From Candidatus Omnitrophota bacterium (GTDB taxonomy: Bacteria; Omnitrophota; Gorgyraeia; Duberdicusellales; Duberdicusellaceae), in contig JAFGCB010000030.1 in the NCBI GenBank assembly GCA_016932855.1, forward strand, positions 475-64,474: DNA of 64,000 nucleotides, given 5' to 3'. Position 1 is the first letter of the stretch, and every line of letters begins with the position of its first letter. The notes below the pieces were generated by a model that worked only from the letters and a program-made list of their open reading frames with translations, ran no database searches and was not told the origin of the DNA. Both the position numbers and the translations under genes were made by a program. Positions 1-10,348 of the stretch are shown piece after piece.

Positions 1-41
1 AAAGGCAATTATTCGAGGCTCATTACAAAGAACAATATGAA

Positions 42-69
42 CAAAAAAAAGCATCCCGAAGGATGCTTT
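42..69 (-). terminator. Hairpin plus U-tract (intrinsic terminator or boxB-like leader hairpin)
   Basis: Minus strand AAAGCATCC-TTCG-GGATGCTTTTTTTTT. Confidence 0.6.
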
Positions 70-155
70 ATAGTAATTCCTTCTCTATAAAAAATAGGTT
101 AGCTTGTATCTTTGAAGCCTATAATCAAAGATAATTTAATCATAAGGCAGGATAA

Positions 156-220
156 AATATAGCATAAGCGCTGCCTATTGTCAAGAGCTATAAGATACTC
201 AAATTTGGCAATTTTGTCAA
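156..220 (-). promoter_or_regulatory. Tandem sigma70-type promoters pointing out of the left edge
   Basis: Minus strand TTGACA-N17-TATCTT (-35 at 215-220) and TTGACA-N17-TATATT with extended TG (-35 at 179-184, -10 at 156-161). Confidence 0.7.
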
Positions 221-257
221 GGAATTATTGGATTATTTGCAGCTGAAAAGAAGGGAT

Positions 258-1436
258 TTATTTGCTTACGATTTTTAAGAACTTTTTCTTGCCCACCCTT
301 AAAATACCTTCTTTGTTTATTAGGCTATTTTCATCTAAGATTTTATGACCGGAAAACTCCAAGGCCTTTTGTTTTATTAAGCGTCTGGCTTCATTCTTAG
401 AAGCAACCAACCCGCTGGCAATAAGGATATCGAGTAGCCTTTCTCCTTCTGAATTAATGCTATATTCTGGGAAATCTGAAGCACTTAAGTCCTTCTTAGA
501 AAATATAGTCTCAAATTTATTCTTTTCTTCTTTCGCAACATCCTTGCCATAAAACCAAGCAACAAATTCACAAGCAAGATTAGTCTTTGTTTCCTTGGGG
601 TGTTCTTTCTTTAAACTCATTAAATCAAAAATTTCAAGATATTGATACATAAGTTCATCCGAAACTGACATAGTCTTTCCAAAAATATCGGACGGCTTCT
701 CTTGTATGCCGATATAATTACCTAACGATTTGGACATCTTATTTACGCCGTCTAAGCCCACTAAAAGAGGCAGAGTCATAATGACCTGAGGGCTTTGACC
801 AAAAGCTTCTTGTATTCGTCTTCCTACAATAAGATTGAATTTCTGGTCAGTTCCCCCTAATTCTATATCAGCCTCTATTTTTACTGAATCGTAACCCTGC
901 ATAAGCGGATAAAGAAATTCTAACATGGTAATAGGCTTGCCTTCTCTCATCCTTAAAGTGAAATCATCCCGCTCCAGCAATCTCGCTACCGTGTAATTGC
1001 TGAGCAAAACCATCAAGTCCTCGAGAGTAGTTTTGTCAAACCACTTGCTGTTAAATACTACCTTCGTTTTTTTGCGGTCCAATATCTTGAATGCCTGGTC
1101 GGTATATGTCTTGGCATTCTGCATAATCTGCTTTTTGGTCAAAGGCGGTCTTGTCTCGTTCTTGCCTGAAGGGTCGCCGATTCTTGCGGTAAAGTCACCG
1201 ACAATAAAGTAAACAATATGACCTAAATCCTGAAATCGACGCAACTTCTTAAGAAGCACTATATGCCCTAGATGGATGTCGGGGGCCGTAGGATCAAAAC
1301 CGGCTTTAACTCTTAAAGGGATATTCGTTCGGAAGGAATTCTCTATTTTGGCGGCGAGATCTTCTTCTGATATTATCTCTACTACATTCCGCTTAAGCGA
1401 GGTTAACTGTTCAGCTATTTTCTTCTTCAGGCTCAT
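258..1436 (-). CDS. tyrS: Tyrosyl-tRNA synthetase
   Basis: [13 protein letters not shown] (HIGH), [14 protein letters not shown]-terminal S4-like domain; start moved to MSLKKK. Confidence 0.97.
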   Translation of the reverse strand: MSLKKKIAEQLTSLKRNVVEIISEEDLAAKIENSFRTNIPLRVKAGFDPTAPDIHLGHIVLLKKLRRFQDLGHIVYFIVGDFTARIGDPSGKNETRPPLTKKQIMQNAKTYTDQAFKILDRKKTKVVFNSKWFDKTTLEDLMVLLSNYTVARLLERDDFTLRMREGKPITMLEFLYPLMQGYDSVKIEADIELGGTDQKFNLIVGRRIQEAFGQSPQVIMTLPLLVGLDGVNKMSKSLGNYIGIQEKPSDIFGKTMSVSDELMYQYLEIFDLMSLKKEHPKETKTNLACEFVAWFYGKDVAKEEKNKFETIFSKKDLSASDFPEYSINSEGERLLDILIASGLVASKNEARRLIKQKALEFSGHKILDENSLINKEGILRVGKKKFLKIVSK

Positions 1437-2982
1437 CAATCTTGGCGGAAAGACCAATCTTGCGACTATCGCTATCGACCTTTATGATCTTAGCTTTTAT
1501 ATTATCGGAAACGTTAAGACCGTCTTTTACCTCTTTGTCAATTTCGTCTTCGAAAATCAAACCCTCAAGCTCCTCTTCAAGCTTTACAAAAACCCCGAAA
1601 TCAGTGATTTTTACTATCTCGGTCTCTAAAACTTTGCCCACCGGGTAATTTTCTAAAATCTTGGACCAGGGATCGTCTTTAAGCTGTTTAAAGCCCAGGA
1701 TTATCCTACGGTTGTCTCTATCAATGTCTAAAATCTTGAATTCGTATATGTGGTTGCGTTTAAGAATCTCCTGAGGTCTATTTATTCTCTTTGTCCAGGA
1801 CAAATCTTTAGTATAAACTATCGCCTCCATACCCTCAGGAAGTTCAACAAAAGCCGCGTCCTGAATAAAACCTACAACTTTCCCTTTTACTTTAACGTCA
1901 GTGGCGAAACTTTCAGGCAGATTTTCCCAGGGATCGCGCTCTAAACGCTTGACGCTTAGAGATATTTTTCTGCTGCGCACATCCACGTTTATGACTTTAA
2001 CCTCTATCATATCACCTATGGCAAACATATCTTGAGGGCTTTCCTTAAGGCGCGACCAGGAAAGTTCGGATATATGGACCAAACCTTCAATGCCTTTATC
2101 GAGCTCGACAAACACTCCGTAATTTTGAATATTTACTATTTTACCTTTCACTACAGAACCAGCGGGGAATCTTTCTTGAATGTCGTTCCAAGGATCTTGG
2201 GTTAACTGCTTCATGCCCAGGGAAAGACGCTTAGACTGTTTATCAATATTGAGAATCATTACCTCAACTTGATTACCGACCGCGACTATTTCCGAAGGGT
2301 GGTTAATCTTCCGCCAGCTCATATCGCCTATGTGCAGAAGGCCGTCAATTCCTCCTATATCTATAAAAGCCCCGAAGTCGGCTATACTCTTTACTTTTCC
2401 TTTTACAACTTCTCCGACTTTTAAGCTTTCCCAAACTTTCTCTCTCCTAAGCTCTTTTTCCGCTTTTAAAGCGTCTTTCCGGGAAACTATGAAATTCTGC
2501 TTGGCTTTGCTTAAACGCACAATCTGAAAAAGAAACTTTTTAGCTATTATTTCATTCTCAGCAAAATCTCTGAAGGCCGAGAGACTTCCCGGCAAAAACC
2601 CTTCGGTTCCGAATACATCAACCATGAAGCCGCCTTTTACTTTCCGGACAACCACGCCTTCTACTATATCGCCTTCGTTATATTTAGTGCTTAGGGTTCT
2701 CCATCCCAAAGTCTTCTTGGCTTTCTGATAGGAAATTACTAATTTTCCCTCTTCATCTTCTACGGCGTCTATCAGGACCTCTATTTGGGTTCCTGTAGGC
2801 GGTACGCCCTCAGGCATAAACTCATCCGCAAGAACGATTCCCTCGGATTTATAACCTATATCAACGATTACCTCCTTGGGACGCACCTCTACGATAGTCC
2901 CCTGTACAATGTCACCGTCTTTGAATTCCTTGATAGAAGAAAAATATGCTTCTTTAAGGTCTGAACTTAAATTATTGTCCAC
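1411..2982 (-). CDS. rpsA: 30S ribosomal protein S1
   Basis: Repeated S1 domains ([37 protein letters not shown]). Confidence 0.97.
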   Translation of the reverse strand: MDNNLSSDLKEAYFSSIKEFKDGDIVQGTIVEVRPKEVIVDIGYKSEGIVLADEFMPEGVPPTGTQIEVLIDAVEDEEGKLVISYQKAKKTLGWRTLSTKYNEGDIVEGVVVRKVKGGFMVDVFGTEGFLPGSLSAFRDFAENEIIAKKFLFQIVRLSKAKQNFIVSRKDALKAEKELRREKVWESLKVGEVVKGKVKSIADFGAFIDIGGIDGLLHIGDMSWRKINHPSEIVAVGNQVEVMILNIDKQSKRLSLGMKQLTQDPWNDIQERFPAGSVVKGKIVNIQNYGVFVELDKGIEGLVHISELSWSRLKESPQDMFAIGDMIEVKVINVDVRSRKISLSVKRLERDPWENLPESFATDVKVKGKVVGFIQDAAFVELPEGMEAIVYTKDLSWTKRINRPQEILKRNHIYEFKILDIDRDNRRIILGFKQLKDDPWSKILENYPVGKVLETEIVKITDFGVFVKLEEELEGLIFEDEIDKEVKDGLNVSDNIKAKIIKVDSDSRKIGLSAKIDEPEEENS

Positions 2983-3189
2983 TTATTATCCCTTCCTCTC
3001 CAAAATTTTTAAGATTATCTCCTAAATAATGTTATATGTCAACCTTATTTTTCGACACACAAATAATCACAGATAGCTTAATAAACTTAAGTTTTTACAG
3101 ACGATCACAGATATCTAGGACTTTGGGGCCGCCTGGGACAAATAATCTTATTTTATGTATGGAGATTACTGCTGGCAAGACAGCGTAAA

Positions 3190-3765
3190 TCAATCAAGAG
3201 TCTTTATTACAGAAAGGATATCTCTTGCGATTTGTTCCGGGTCTTTTTCTTTGCCAAATTTAAGGGGTTTTCCGAAAATAACCTTTACTTTAGCAAATCT
3301 AGGGAATTTCTGACCCCTGGCAAGAACTTTATCTGTATTGTAAACCCTCGCCGGTATCACCGGAACACCGGATTTTTTAACCAAAAACCCTACACCGGCG
3401 TATATTTTATCTGTATTTGAAGCTCTCGTACCTTCAGGAAAAACAAGCATGGGTTCGTTGTTCTTCAACAAGTTAAGGCAGTTTCTCAAGGCAGAAATAT
3501 CAGCCTTGTTTCTCTTTACCGGAAAAGCCTTCATAAAGTAGAATAAGGCCGAAATAAAAGGGCCTTTAAACAGCTCCTCTTTAGCCAGATAATTAAGCCT
3601 TCGGGGAGAAATCGCTCCCAGCAAAAAAGGATCGATATTACTTAGATGGTTAGAAGCCATAATAAAGGCGCCTTTAAGAGGAATGGAATCCCCGCCCTTA
3701 ACTTCTACTCTTGCAAAAATCTTAATAACAATTATTGATAATAACCGGAAAAAACTATAAATCAT
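3190..3765 (-). CDS. plsC: 1-acyl-sn-glycerol-3-phosphate acyltransferase
   Basis: NHLSNID and FPEGTR acyltransferase motifs. Confidence 0.92.
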   Translation of the reverse strand: MIYSFFRLLSIIVIKIFARVEVKGGDSIPLKGAFIMASNHLSNIDPFLLGAISPRRLNYLAKEELFKGPFISALFYFMKAFPVKRNKADISALRNCLNLLKNNEPMLVFPEGTRASNTDKIYAGVGFLVKKSGVPVIPARVYNTDKVLARGQKFPRFAKVKVIFGKPLKFGKEKDPEQIARDILSVIKTLD

Positions 3766-3796
3766 TTAATATGCACCCTTGAAAAAATAGGGCAGG

Positions 3797-5200
3797 TTAC
3801 AAATTATGGAGCAGACGTTTACCCTGGACAACCAGCTTTTGGGCAGCTATCTTGGATTTAGCCTCGGCATAAACACGCACTATAGGCTCTGTGCCTGAAG
3901 CCCGGAACATCAGCCAAGCCGAGTCAGCGATTACCTTTATACCGTCCAGTTTATTTACTCTTATAACCTTCTTTCCTAAAAGATATTTTGGAATTTTTAG
4001 TCGATTTAAAGAATCTTTACTTACCCTGCTTACCGGAATAGACGTCCTTGAATAATGCCATCTTCCGAATCTCTTCTCAAATTCTCTTATAAGTTCAAGG
4101 GGCGTCTTCTTAAGAAAGGCAAGCATTTCAAGAAAAAGCACCGTAGCCATGGTAGCATCCCTTTCAGGAATATAGTTTTTAACCCCGATACCTCCGGCCT
4201 CTTCTCCGCCGATAAGAATATCCTCTTCGGCGAAAAGTCTGGATATATACTTGAAACCCACCGGGGTCTCAAAGCAAATCCTATTTAAGCTTAAAGAAAC
4301 CAAATCTATGATGTTACTTCCCACAACAGTCTTAACAATAGCACCGCTTAATCTTCTATTGCGAGCCAAATGCACCGCAAGAAGCGGCAAAAGAAGTTGG
4401 GCATTTACGTAACGGCCGCCTTTTAAGACACAAGCAATCCTGTCACCGTCTCCGTCCAAGACTACCCCTAAATCGAATTTTCCTTTCTTCATTTCTTTTA
4501 TTAGACCTTTAATATTCTCCTCGGTTGGTTCAGGGTGTATTCCACCAAAAGAAGGATTAAATTCTTTATGAAGATAAGAAAACTTTATTTTACTCGGGCT
4601 TAAAACCCTCTCTATATAAGAATTACCTGAACCGTACATCAAATCAACCAAGACTTTTAATTTTAATTTTTTAATCAAAGAAAGATTAACATAATTTTTT
4701 ATAAATTTGATATAATCCGGCGATAAATCAGATATTGTAAGCAAACCTTTCTTTACAGACTCATCTTTAGGCATTAACTTTACTTTGGTCGTAAAAAGCA
4801 ACTTCTCAACACCCCGGGTAATATCTACTCCGGCAGAGCCGCCCTGGGGAGTTTTTATCTTAAAGCCATTGAAACGATAAGGGTTATGCGAAGCTGTTAT
4901 CATAATTCCTAAATCGCAATTTTTATATTTTGTATAGAAACTTACTATGGGCGTAGGCACGCTGTCTTGGCTTAAGATAACTTTTATATTATTGCCGCAG
5001 AGAACTGAGGAAACAGCCTGGGCAAATTCTTTAGATAAAAACCTTGAATCAAACCCTACGGCAACTTTTATTTTCTCTCCTTTGCTACTTTTCTTTAGAA
5101 AATCCGCGACTGCCTGCGAAAGAACCTTAAGATTACCAAAAGTAAAATCATCTGCTATTACTGCCCGCCATCCGTCTGTACCGAATTTTATTGAATTCAT
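3797..5200 (-). CDS. Phosphoglucomutase/phosphomannomutase family protein
   Basis: FGTDGWR, TASHNP, DGDGDR, GEEAGG, RASGTEP motifs. Confidence 0.93.
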   Translation of the reverse strand: MNSIKFGTDGWRAVIADDFTFGNLKVLSQAVADFLKKSSKGEKIKVAVGFDSRFLSKEFAQAVSSVLCGNNIKVILSQDSVPTPIVSFYTKYKNCDLGIMITASHNPYRFNGFKIKTPQGGSAGVDITRGVEKLLFTTKVKLMPKDESVKKGLLTISDLSPDYIKFIKNYVNLSLIKKLKLKVLVDLMYGSGNSYIERVLSPSKIKFSYLHKEFNPSFGGIHPEPTEENIKGLIKEMKKGKFDLGVVLDGDGDRIACVLKGGRYVNAQLLLPLLAVHLARNRRLSGAIVKTVVGSNIIDLVSLSLNRICFETPVGFKYISRLFAEEDILIGGEEAGGIGVKNYIPERDATMATVLFLEMLAFLKKTPLELIREFEKRFGRWHYSRTSIPVSRVSKDSLNRLKIPKYLLGKKVIRVNKLDGIKVIADSAWLMFRASGTEPIVRVYAEAKSKIAAQKLVVQGKRLLHNL

Positions 5201-5763
5201 TTACCAAGCCTCCTCTTAGCCTTAACAATGGAAGGTATTATCTCTTCCGGGACCAAATATCTTATGGATTTGCCCTGTTTTATTCTCTTACGTATTAGTG
5301 ACGAAGAAATCTCTATTTTCGGCATTGATATAAAAATAAAGCCCTTGCTTTTCTTTCTTAGGGCTTCTCTTAAAACCACAACTACCTTGGCAAGCTTTAG
5401 TATAGTCTTGGGTTTATGCCAAGAACCGAAACCTTTGAACAAATCCGAACCGATTATAAGAAAAAGCTTGTCTTTAGGATACATCTTCTTAATCTGCAAC
5501 AAAGTATCAACAGTATAAGATATTCCTCCTCTGTCTATCTCTAAAGACTTTACCCTAAAATATTTACTTTTTTTCAAAGCTACCTTTAAAAGCCGAAGGC
5601 GCAATTTAGAACTAAGAAGCCTGTCTTCTGCCTTATGAGGAGGTATATTGCAAGGGATAAAAATTACCTTATCTAGTTTAAGATAGTCCCGTACGTATTC
5701 ACCCAGAATCAGGTGCCCGTAATGTAGGGGGTTAAATGTCCCGCCGAGGATTCCAATCTTCAT
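5197..5763 (-). CDS. nadD: Nicotinate-nucleotide adenylyltransferase
   Basis: GGTFNPLHYGH, SYTVDTL, ISSSLIR. Confidence 0.95.
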   Translation of the reverse strand: MKIGILGGTFNPLHYGHLILGEYVRDYLKLDKVIFIPCNIPPHKAEDRLLSSKLRLRLLKVALKKSKYFRVKSLEIDRGGISYTVDTLLQIKKMYPKDKLFLIIGSDLFKGFGSWHKPKTILKLAKVVVVLREALRKKSKGFIFISMPKIEISSSLIRKRIKQGKSIRYLVPEEIIPSIVKAKRRLGK

Positions 5764-5883
5764 TAGCGTATAGCGTTTAGCGGATAGCGGTTAGTAAATA
5801 TCATGTTTAAAATCCTAAAACAATTTATTTTTTAGTGGAATTTATTCTTACGCATTACGCGTTACGCATAACGCATTACGTAA
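5764..5883. repeat. Two heptamer tandem arrays (TAGCGnn x4; TTACGCA-like x5) around an AT-rich spacer
   Basis: tagcgta tagcgtt tagcgga tagcggt at 5764-5791; ttacgca ttacgcg ttacgca taacgca ttacgta at 5848-5882. Confidence 0.85.
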
Positions 5884-5892
5884 ACATATTTT

Positions 5893-7143
5893 CTACTTAC
5901 GGATTTGTCCGTTGCCGGTAGCTACCCACTTATAAGTCGTAAGCTCTTCCAGACCCATGGGACCGCGGGCATGAAGCTTATCTGTAGAGATTCCTATTTC
6001 TGCCCCTAAACCAAACTGAAAACCATCGCTGAAACGCGTTGAGATATTGGAAAAACAACAGGCAGAATCAACCTCTTTCAGAAATTTTTCGATATTCTTT
6101 CTGCTCTTGGTAATGATACTATCGGTATGAAATGACCCGTAAGTATTGATATGGGTAATTGCTTCAGTTATATCTTTTACTATTTTTATTGAAACTATTA
6201 AATCCAGATATTCAATAGCCCAATCAGCCTCTTTCGCCTGATTAATTCCGGGAATAACCGCGAAAGTCTTTTTATCGCCGCGGATTTCCACTCCTCTTTT
6301 ATCAAACTCTTTCTTAAGAAGGGGCAAAAACTTCCTGGCTATATCTTGATGGACTAAAATAGTTTCTACAGCGTTGCAGACCGAAGGCCGCTGGGTCTTG
6401 GCATTGATAGAAATGTTTAAAGCTTTCTTTATATCCGCCTCTTTATCTACAAATATATGGCATACCCCTTTATAATGCTTTATTACCGGAATAGCGGAAC
6501 TCTTGGCAACTTTACGTATCAGAGACTCGCCACCCCTGGGAATAACCAGATCTATATAGGTATCCTGTTTAAGAAGTTCGTCTATTAAATTTCGCTGGGT
6601 TCTTTCTACTACAAAAAATGCTGGAAAGCTTATACCGCTTCTCTTAAGAGCCCTGTTTAAAACCCTGGCAATTGCCTTGTTAGAATATAGAGCGCCACTT
6701 CCGCCGCGTAAAATCCCGACATTGGAAGTCTTAAATAAAAGACCTACGCAATCACTGGTAACATTAGGCCTTGCTTCATAAACAATAAGCACCACGCCGA
6801 TAGGGACCCTTACTCTTTTTATCCTAATCCCGTTTGGCCTGGTTGTAGCAGAAATAACCTTGCCTACCGGATCAACAAGCTTAGCCACCGCGGAAAGAGA
6901 CTTACTCATTTCTTTAATTCTCTTATCAGTAAGCTTAAGCCTATCGATAAAGCTCTGCTTTAATTTATTTTTGTAAGCTATTTTCAAATCCTTGAGGTTT
7001 TCCTTTAGGATATAATCTTTGTTCTTGATTATGTCCCTGGCCATGACTTTTAAAGCCCTGTTTTTTTCAAGCGTCGAAAGCCTAGCTAAGGCAAAACTTG
7101 ACTTCTTTGCCTTTGTAACTAAATCCTTGATATACGCGCTCAT
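5893..7143 (-). CDS. proA: Gamma-glutamyl phosphate reductase
   Basis: YEARPNVT, PSVCNAVET, STRFSDG, KLHARGPMGL. Confidence 0.97.
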   Translation of the reverse strand: MSAYIKDLVTKAKKSSFALARLSTLEKNRALKVMARDIIKNKDYILKENLKDLKIAYKNKLKQSFIDRLKLTDKRIKEMSKSLSAVAKLVDPVGKVISATTRPNGIRIKRVRVPIGVVLIVYEARPNVTSDCVGLLFKTSNVGILRGGSGALYSNKAIARVLNRALKRSGISFPAFFVVERTQRNLIDELLKQDTYIDLVIPRGGESLIRKVAKSSAIPVIKHYKGVCHIFVDKEADIKKALNISINAKTQRPSVCNAVETILVHQDIARKFLPLLKKEFDKRGVEIRGDKKTFAVIPGINQAKEADWAIEYLDLIVSIKIVKDITEAITHINTYGSFHTDSIITKSRKNIEKFLKEVDSACCFSNISTRFSDGFQFGLGAEIGISTDKLHARGPMGLEELTTYKWVATGNGQIRK

Positions 7144-7147
7144 CTGT

Positions 7148-8230
7148 CTACTCCGGTTGTTTTTTCCAAAACTCTAACCACTCTGTAATAACCAAATGAT
7201 CCCTATGTATTACCTCCTGAGGCAGTTTTTCTCCGATATTCTTCTTTAAATAATCTGAATCATAATTAACCAAGCCTTGACCTAATATAATCTTGTTCTC
7301 GGAAACAACATAAACAGCATCGCTTCTTACAAAATCTCCTTTAACTTCTTTAATCCCCTTAGAAAGAAGACTTCCATTCTTCTCTGTCAGCGCCTTTTCT
7401 GCGCCGGAATCCACTATTATGCTGCCTTTAGGCTTCTTGCTAAAAGCAATCCACTTTTTCTTTCCTGAAATCTTGCCCCGGGGCTCAAAATGAGTTCCGA
7501 TATCGCTATTATTATCAACCGCTATCTTGGTTAGCACGTCTTTAGTTTGCCCGTGAATGATTACAGTCTTAATTCCTAAGGTAGCGGCCAGATCAGCTGC
7601 CTCTAATTTTGAAAGCATGCCTCCCTTGGTATGAACACAGCCTTTTTTTCTTACGGCCTTCAGATGGCATTCATCAAGCCTGGTAATTTCCCGAACAACT
7701 TTCTGGCCATCATTAAAACCTTCCACGTTGGAAAGAAGCAGAAGCATCTCGGCGTCGATAAGCCCGGCCACCAAGGCTGAAAGTTTATCATTATCGCCGA
7801 ATTTTATCTCCTCGATCGAAACAGTATCATTCTCATTCACCACCGGAATCACCCCTTGATCAAAAAGGGTAAAAAAGGTATTCTTGGCGTTATTATATCT
7901 TTCTCTATGATGGAAATCATCCCAAGTAAGAAGTATCTGACCGCAAATTTTCTTATATTTTTTAAAGTGCTTATTATAAATATCCATTAACGAGGTTTGC
8001 CCTATAGAAGCGATGGCCTGCAGTTTATTAATCTGGGTGGGAACTTTACTTAATTTAAGCTTGGACATCCCGGCAACAATAGCCCCCGAACTTACAATAC
8101 AGACATCGATATTCTTCTTGCAGAGCTGGATTATCTGACGGACTATGCTTTCCAAAAGTCTCTCATCAATGCAACCCTTAGAGGTCATAACCGACGAGCC
8201 TATTTTTACTACTACCCTTCTCTTTTTCAT
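7148..8230 (-). CDS. proB: Glutamate 5-kinase with PUA domain
   Basis: VVKIGSS, NENDTV, FGDNDKLSA. Confidence 0.96.
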   Translation of the reverse strand: MKKRRVVVKIGSSVMTSKGCIDERLLESIVRQIIQLCKKNIDVCIVSSGAIVAGMSKLKLSKVPTQINKLQAIASIGQTSLMDIYNKHFKKYKKICGQILLTWDDFHHRERYNNAKNTFFTLFDQGVIPVVNENDTVSIEEIKFGDNDKLSALVAGLIDAEMLLLLSNVEGFNDGQKVVREITRLDECHLKAVRKKGCVHTKGGMLSKLEAADLAATLGIKTVIIHGQTKDVLTKIAVDNNSDIGTHFEPRGKISGKKKWIAFSKKPKGSIIVDSGAEKALTEKNGSLLSKGIKEVKGDFVRSDAVYVVSENKIILGQGLVNYDSDYLKKNIGEKLPQEVIHRDHLVITEWLEFWKKQPE

Positions 8231-9147
8231 TTCTCTAATAATTTAAAGACTTTATCAATAAATTGGTCAAGGCCTGTGCCTTCTTTAGCTGACATTCCAA
8301 GATAACCATCAGGGTTTTTTCCGTCTATTGTATCTATTTTATTTAAAACTATCAAGGTGTTTTTATGCCTTAAATCAGGATTGCTTTGACCTAGAACCTC
8401 CTTTAAGCTAGCCACCTGTTCATTTACATCATGCCCGGCGTCGATAAGTAAAACTAAAACCCTGGCTCTTTCTAAATGCTTTAAGAATTTTTCTCCCGGG
8501 GCCTGCTGGTTTTTCTTTCCTATGATAGCAGGTAGTTCTAGGATTGTAAACATCTTGTAGTTCTTGGCAACTACGCCCCAAACCGGCTTTTCTGTTACAA
8601 AAGGAAATTCAGATATTTTTGGCGAAAGATGGGTAATCTTTGAAATAAGTGTTGATTTACCTGTATTGGTAACCCCGAGCAGGACAACATCCGCGGGAAT
8701 TCTAAAATCAAGGATAATTTCTTTCTTCTGGCCCGGGCCCGGCGGTAAAGTATTCTTTCTTTTGATATTTCCTTTGCCGCCCCTGCCGCCTTTTACAACG
8801 AGAATCTTTTCTTTACTGCAAGCCAAATCAGAAAGAATTCCGCCCTGAACGTCTCTTATCAATGTGCCTTGGGGCACCTTCAATACTAAATCCTGGCCGT
8901 TTTTCCCCTTCTTGTTATAAGAAAGACCGAAGCCTCCGTTCTGGGCCTGGAATTTGCGTTTATTTAAAAACTTTGATAAATCAAAAACGTTTGAGTCATT
9001 TTCTATATAGATACTGCCGCCGTCTCCTCCGTCGCCTCCGATATTGACGAAGTAACTCTTAAATTTTCTCCGGGCCGAGGAGCCTTCGCCGCCTCTTCCC
9101 GCCTCAAGACAAACCTTAACCTCGTCGACAAATCTTACAGGCTTCAC
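8227..9147 (-). CDS. obgE: Obg/CgtA-family GTPase, divergent and short
   Basis: FVDEV, Gly-rich Obg fold, G1 GVTNTGKST, G4 NKID, synteny rplU-obg-proB; G3 degenerate (ELPA). Confidence 0.8.
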   Translation of the reverse strand: MKPVRFVDEVKVCLEAGRGGEGSSARRKFKSYFVNIGGDGGDGGSIYIENDSNVFDLSKFLNKRKFQAQNGGFGLSYNKKGKNGQDLVLKVPQGTLIRDVQGGILSDLACSKEKILVVKGGRGGKGNIKRKNTLPPGPGQKKEIILDFRIPADVVLLGVTNTGKSTLISKITHLSPKISEFPFVTEKPVWGVVAKNYKMFTILELPAIIGKKNQQAPGEKFLKHLERARVLVLLIDAGHDVNEQVASLKEVLGQSNPDLRHKNTLIVLNKIDTIDGKNPDGYLGMSAKEGTGLDQFIDKVFKLLEK

Positions 9148-9201
9148 AGTAATAATTTTAACACAAAAAAATAAGGAGGGCTAACTAGTTTAAATAAAAC
9201 C

Positions 9202-9302
9202 ATGATTTACCTCGTTCTTCGAACTCGGTAAATCATACGGTCGCATTTACCCCGCACCTTTGAGCTATTCATCGCGAAGCGAATACGGCAAAGGTGCGGG
9301 GT
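9202..9302. repeat. Two adjacent REP-like palindromes
   Basis: ATGATTTACC...GGTAAATCAT (9202-9236); ACCCCGCACCTTTG...CAAAGGTGCGGGGT (9249-9302). Confidence 0.8.
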
Positions 9303-9352
9303 CAAATTCGGACAGATGCCTTACCTCGGCTTCGCCTGCGTAAGCCATGTCC

Positions 9353-9667
9353 TCATTTGACTTTAATCTTTAAGACTTTAAGGAAGGTATAAATTTGGCG
9401 GTGACCTGTCTTTTTCTGGTAGTCTTTTCTTCTCTTGAATTTAAAAACTGTTACCTTTTTAGCCTTTTTTTCTTCTAGGACTTTGGCTTCGATCTTAACG
9501 TCTTTTATGTAGGGCCTGCCTACATCTATCTTATTGTCGTCGTGAAACACTAGGACTTGGCCTAAAGTAATCTTGGAACCCGACGAACGATCAAGGCGTT
9601 CGACCTGAATTACATCACCCTCTTTTATCTTATATTGCTTTGAACCTATTTTTGCTACTACCCACAT
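9353..9667 (-). CDS. rplU: 50S ribosomal protein L21
   Basis: GSKQYKIKEGD, FKFKRRKDYQKKTGHRQ. Confidence 0.97.
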   Translation of the reverse strand: MWVVAKIGSKQYKIKEGDVIQVERLDRSSGSKITLGQVLVFHDDNKIDVGRPYIKDVKIEAKVLEEKKAKKVTVFKFKRRKDYQKKTGHRQIYTFLKVLKIKVK

Positions 9668-9760
9668 AGGCAGCTATGGTAGCACAAGACAAAATATAAA
9701 TCAAGAAAAATTCCGATATCAGATACCGCTAAAAATAACAATTTTTAATAACCAATGCGC

Positions 9761-9858
9761 AAACCCCAATGACAAATGAATTACTCAAATACTAATGTCC
9801 AATGCTGCCGGCAGGCAGGGATTTACTTGGGATTTGGTAATATTGGGACTTGGGATTT
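9761..9858. repeat. Degenerate head-to-head heptamer array (CCCAAAT / TTGGGAT type)
   Basis: 9822-9858 tttacttgggatttggtaatattgggacttgggattt is a near-exact reverse complement of 35094-35136. Confidence 0.7.
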
Positions 9859-10344
9859 TCAGATCTCGTCTTTTCCTTCAAGTGCAGAAGAAAGAAACCT
9901 GCTAAGAATCTTATGGCTGCTTCCGGATATATTCACAAACATAACTCCCAAACCTAAAGTAGCAGAATCAATATCCCAGACCCTGCGTATCTCTCCCTGG
10001 GTCTTTATGGTGTTGCCTGCGCCTGGCAAATTAAACTTCATCCACAGTATAGAGCTTACTTTCAAATAGGATATGACTTCTATAAAAGAACTTTTATCTA
10101 TCTCGAAATAAACCCCGCTTAAACTTATATTTCTGGCTTTGCCTTCCAGGATCAGATTGTCGCCGCGAGGGTCAAGGGTAAGAGGCTGAAACCTTATAAA
10201 ATCATCTAAGGGTATGCGGACAAAACCCTTGCGCTTGTCAGATCTCTCTGAATCGGGTTTTTTCTGAACAATATCCTTGTTACAAACAGGACAGTTGTTT
10301 CTTCCTCTGGGAATCAATCTCTTACAGTGAGGGCAAAATTTCAT
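9859..10344 (-). CDS. Zinc-ribbon plus PilZ domain protein
   Basis: N-terminal CPHC...CPVC; KRKGFVR and NISLSG PilZ-like motifs; C-terminal GVMF. Confidence 0.8.
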   Translation of the reverse strand: MKFCPHCKRLIPRGRNNCPVCNKDIVQKKPDSERSDKRKGFVRIPLDDFIRFQPLTLDPRGDNLILEGKARNISLSGVYFEIDKSSFIEVISYLKVSSILWMKFNLPGAGNTIKTQGEIRRVWDIDSATLGLGVMFVNISGSSHKILSRFLSSALEGKDEI

Positions 10345-10348
10345 AAAT

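Noticed and set aside
9776-10069. Plus-strand 97-aa ORF
   Set aside because: Starts in a heptamer array and overlaps the PilZ gene antisense
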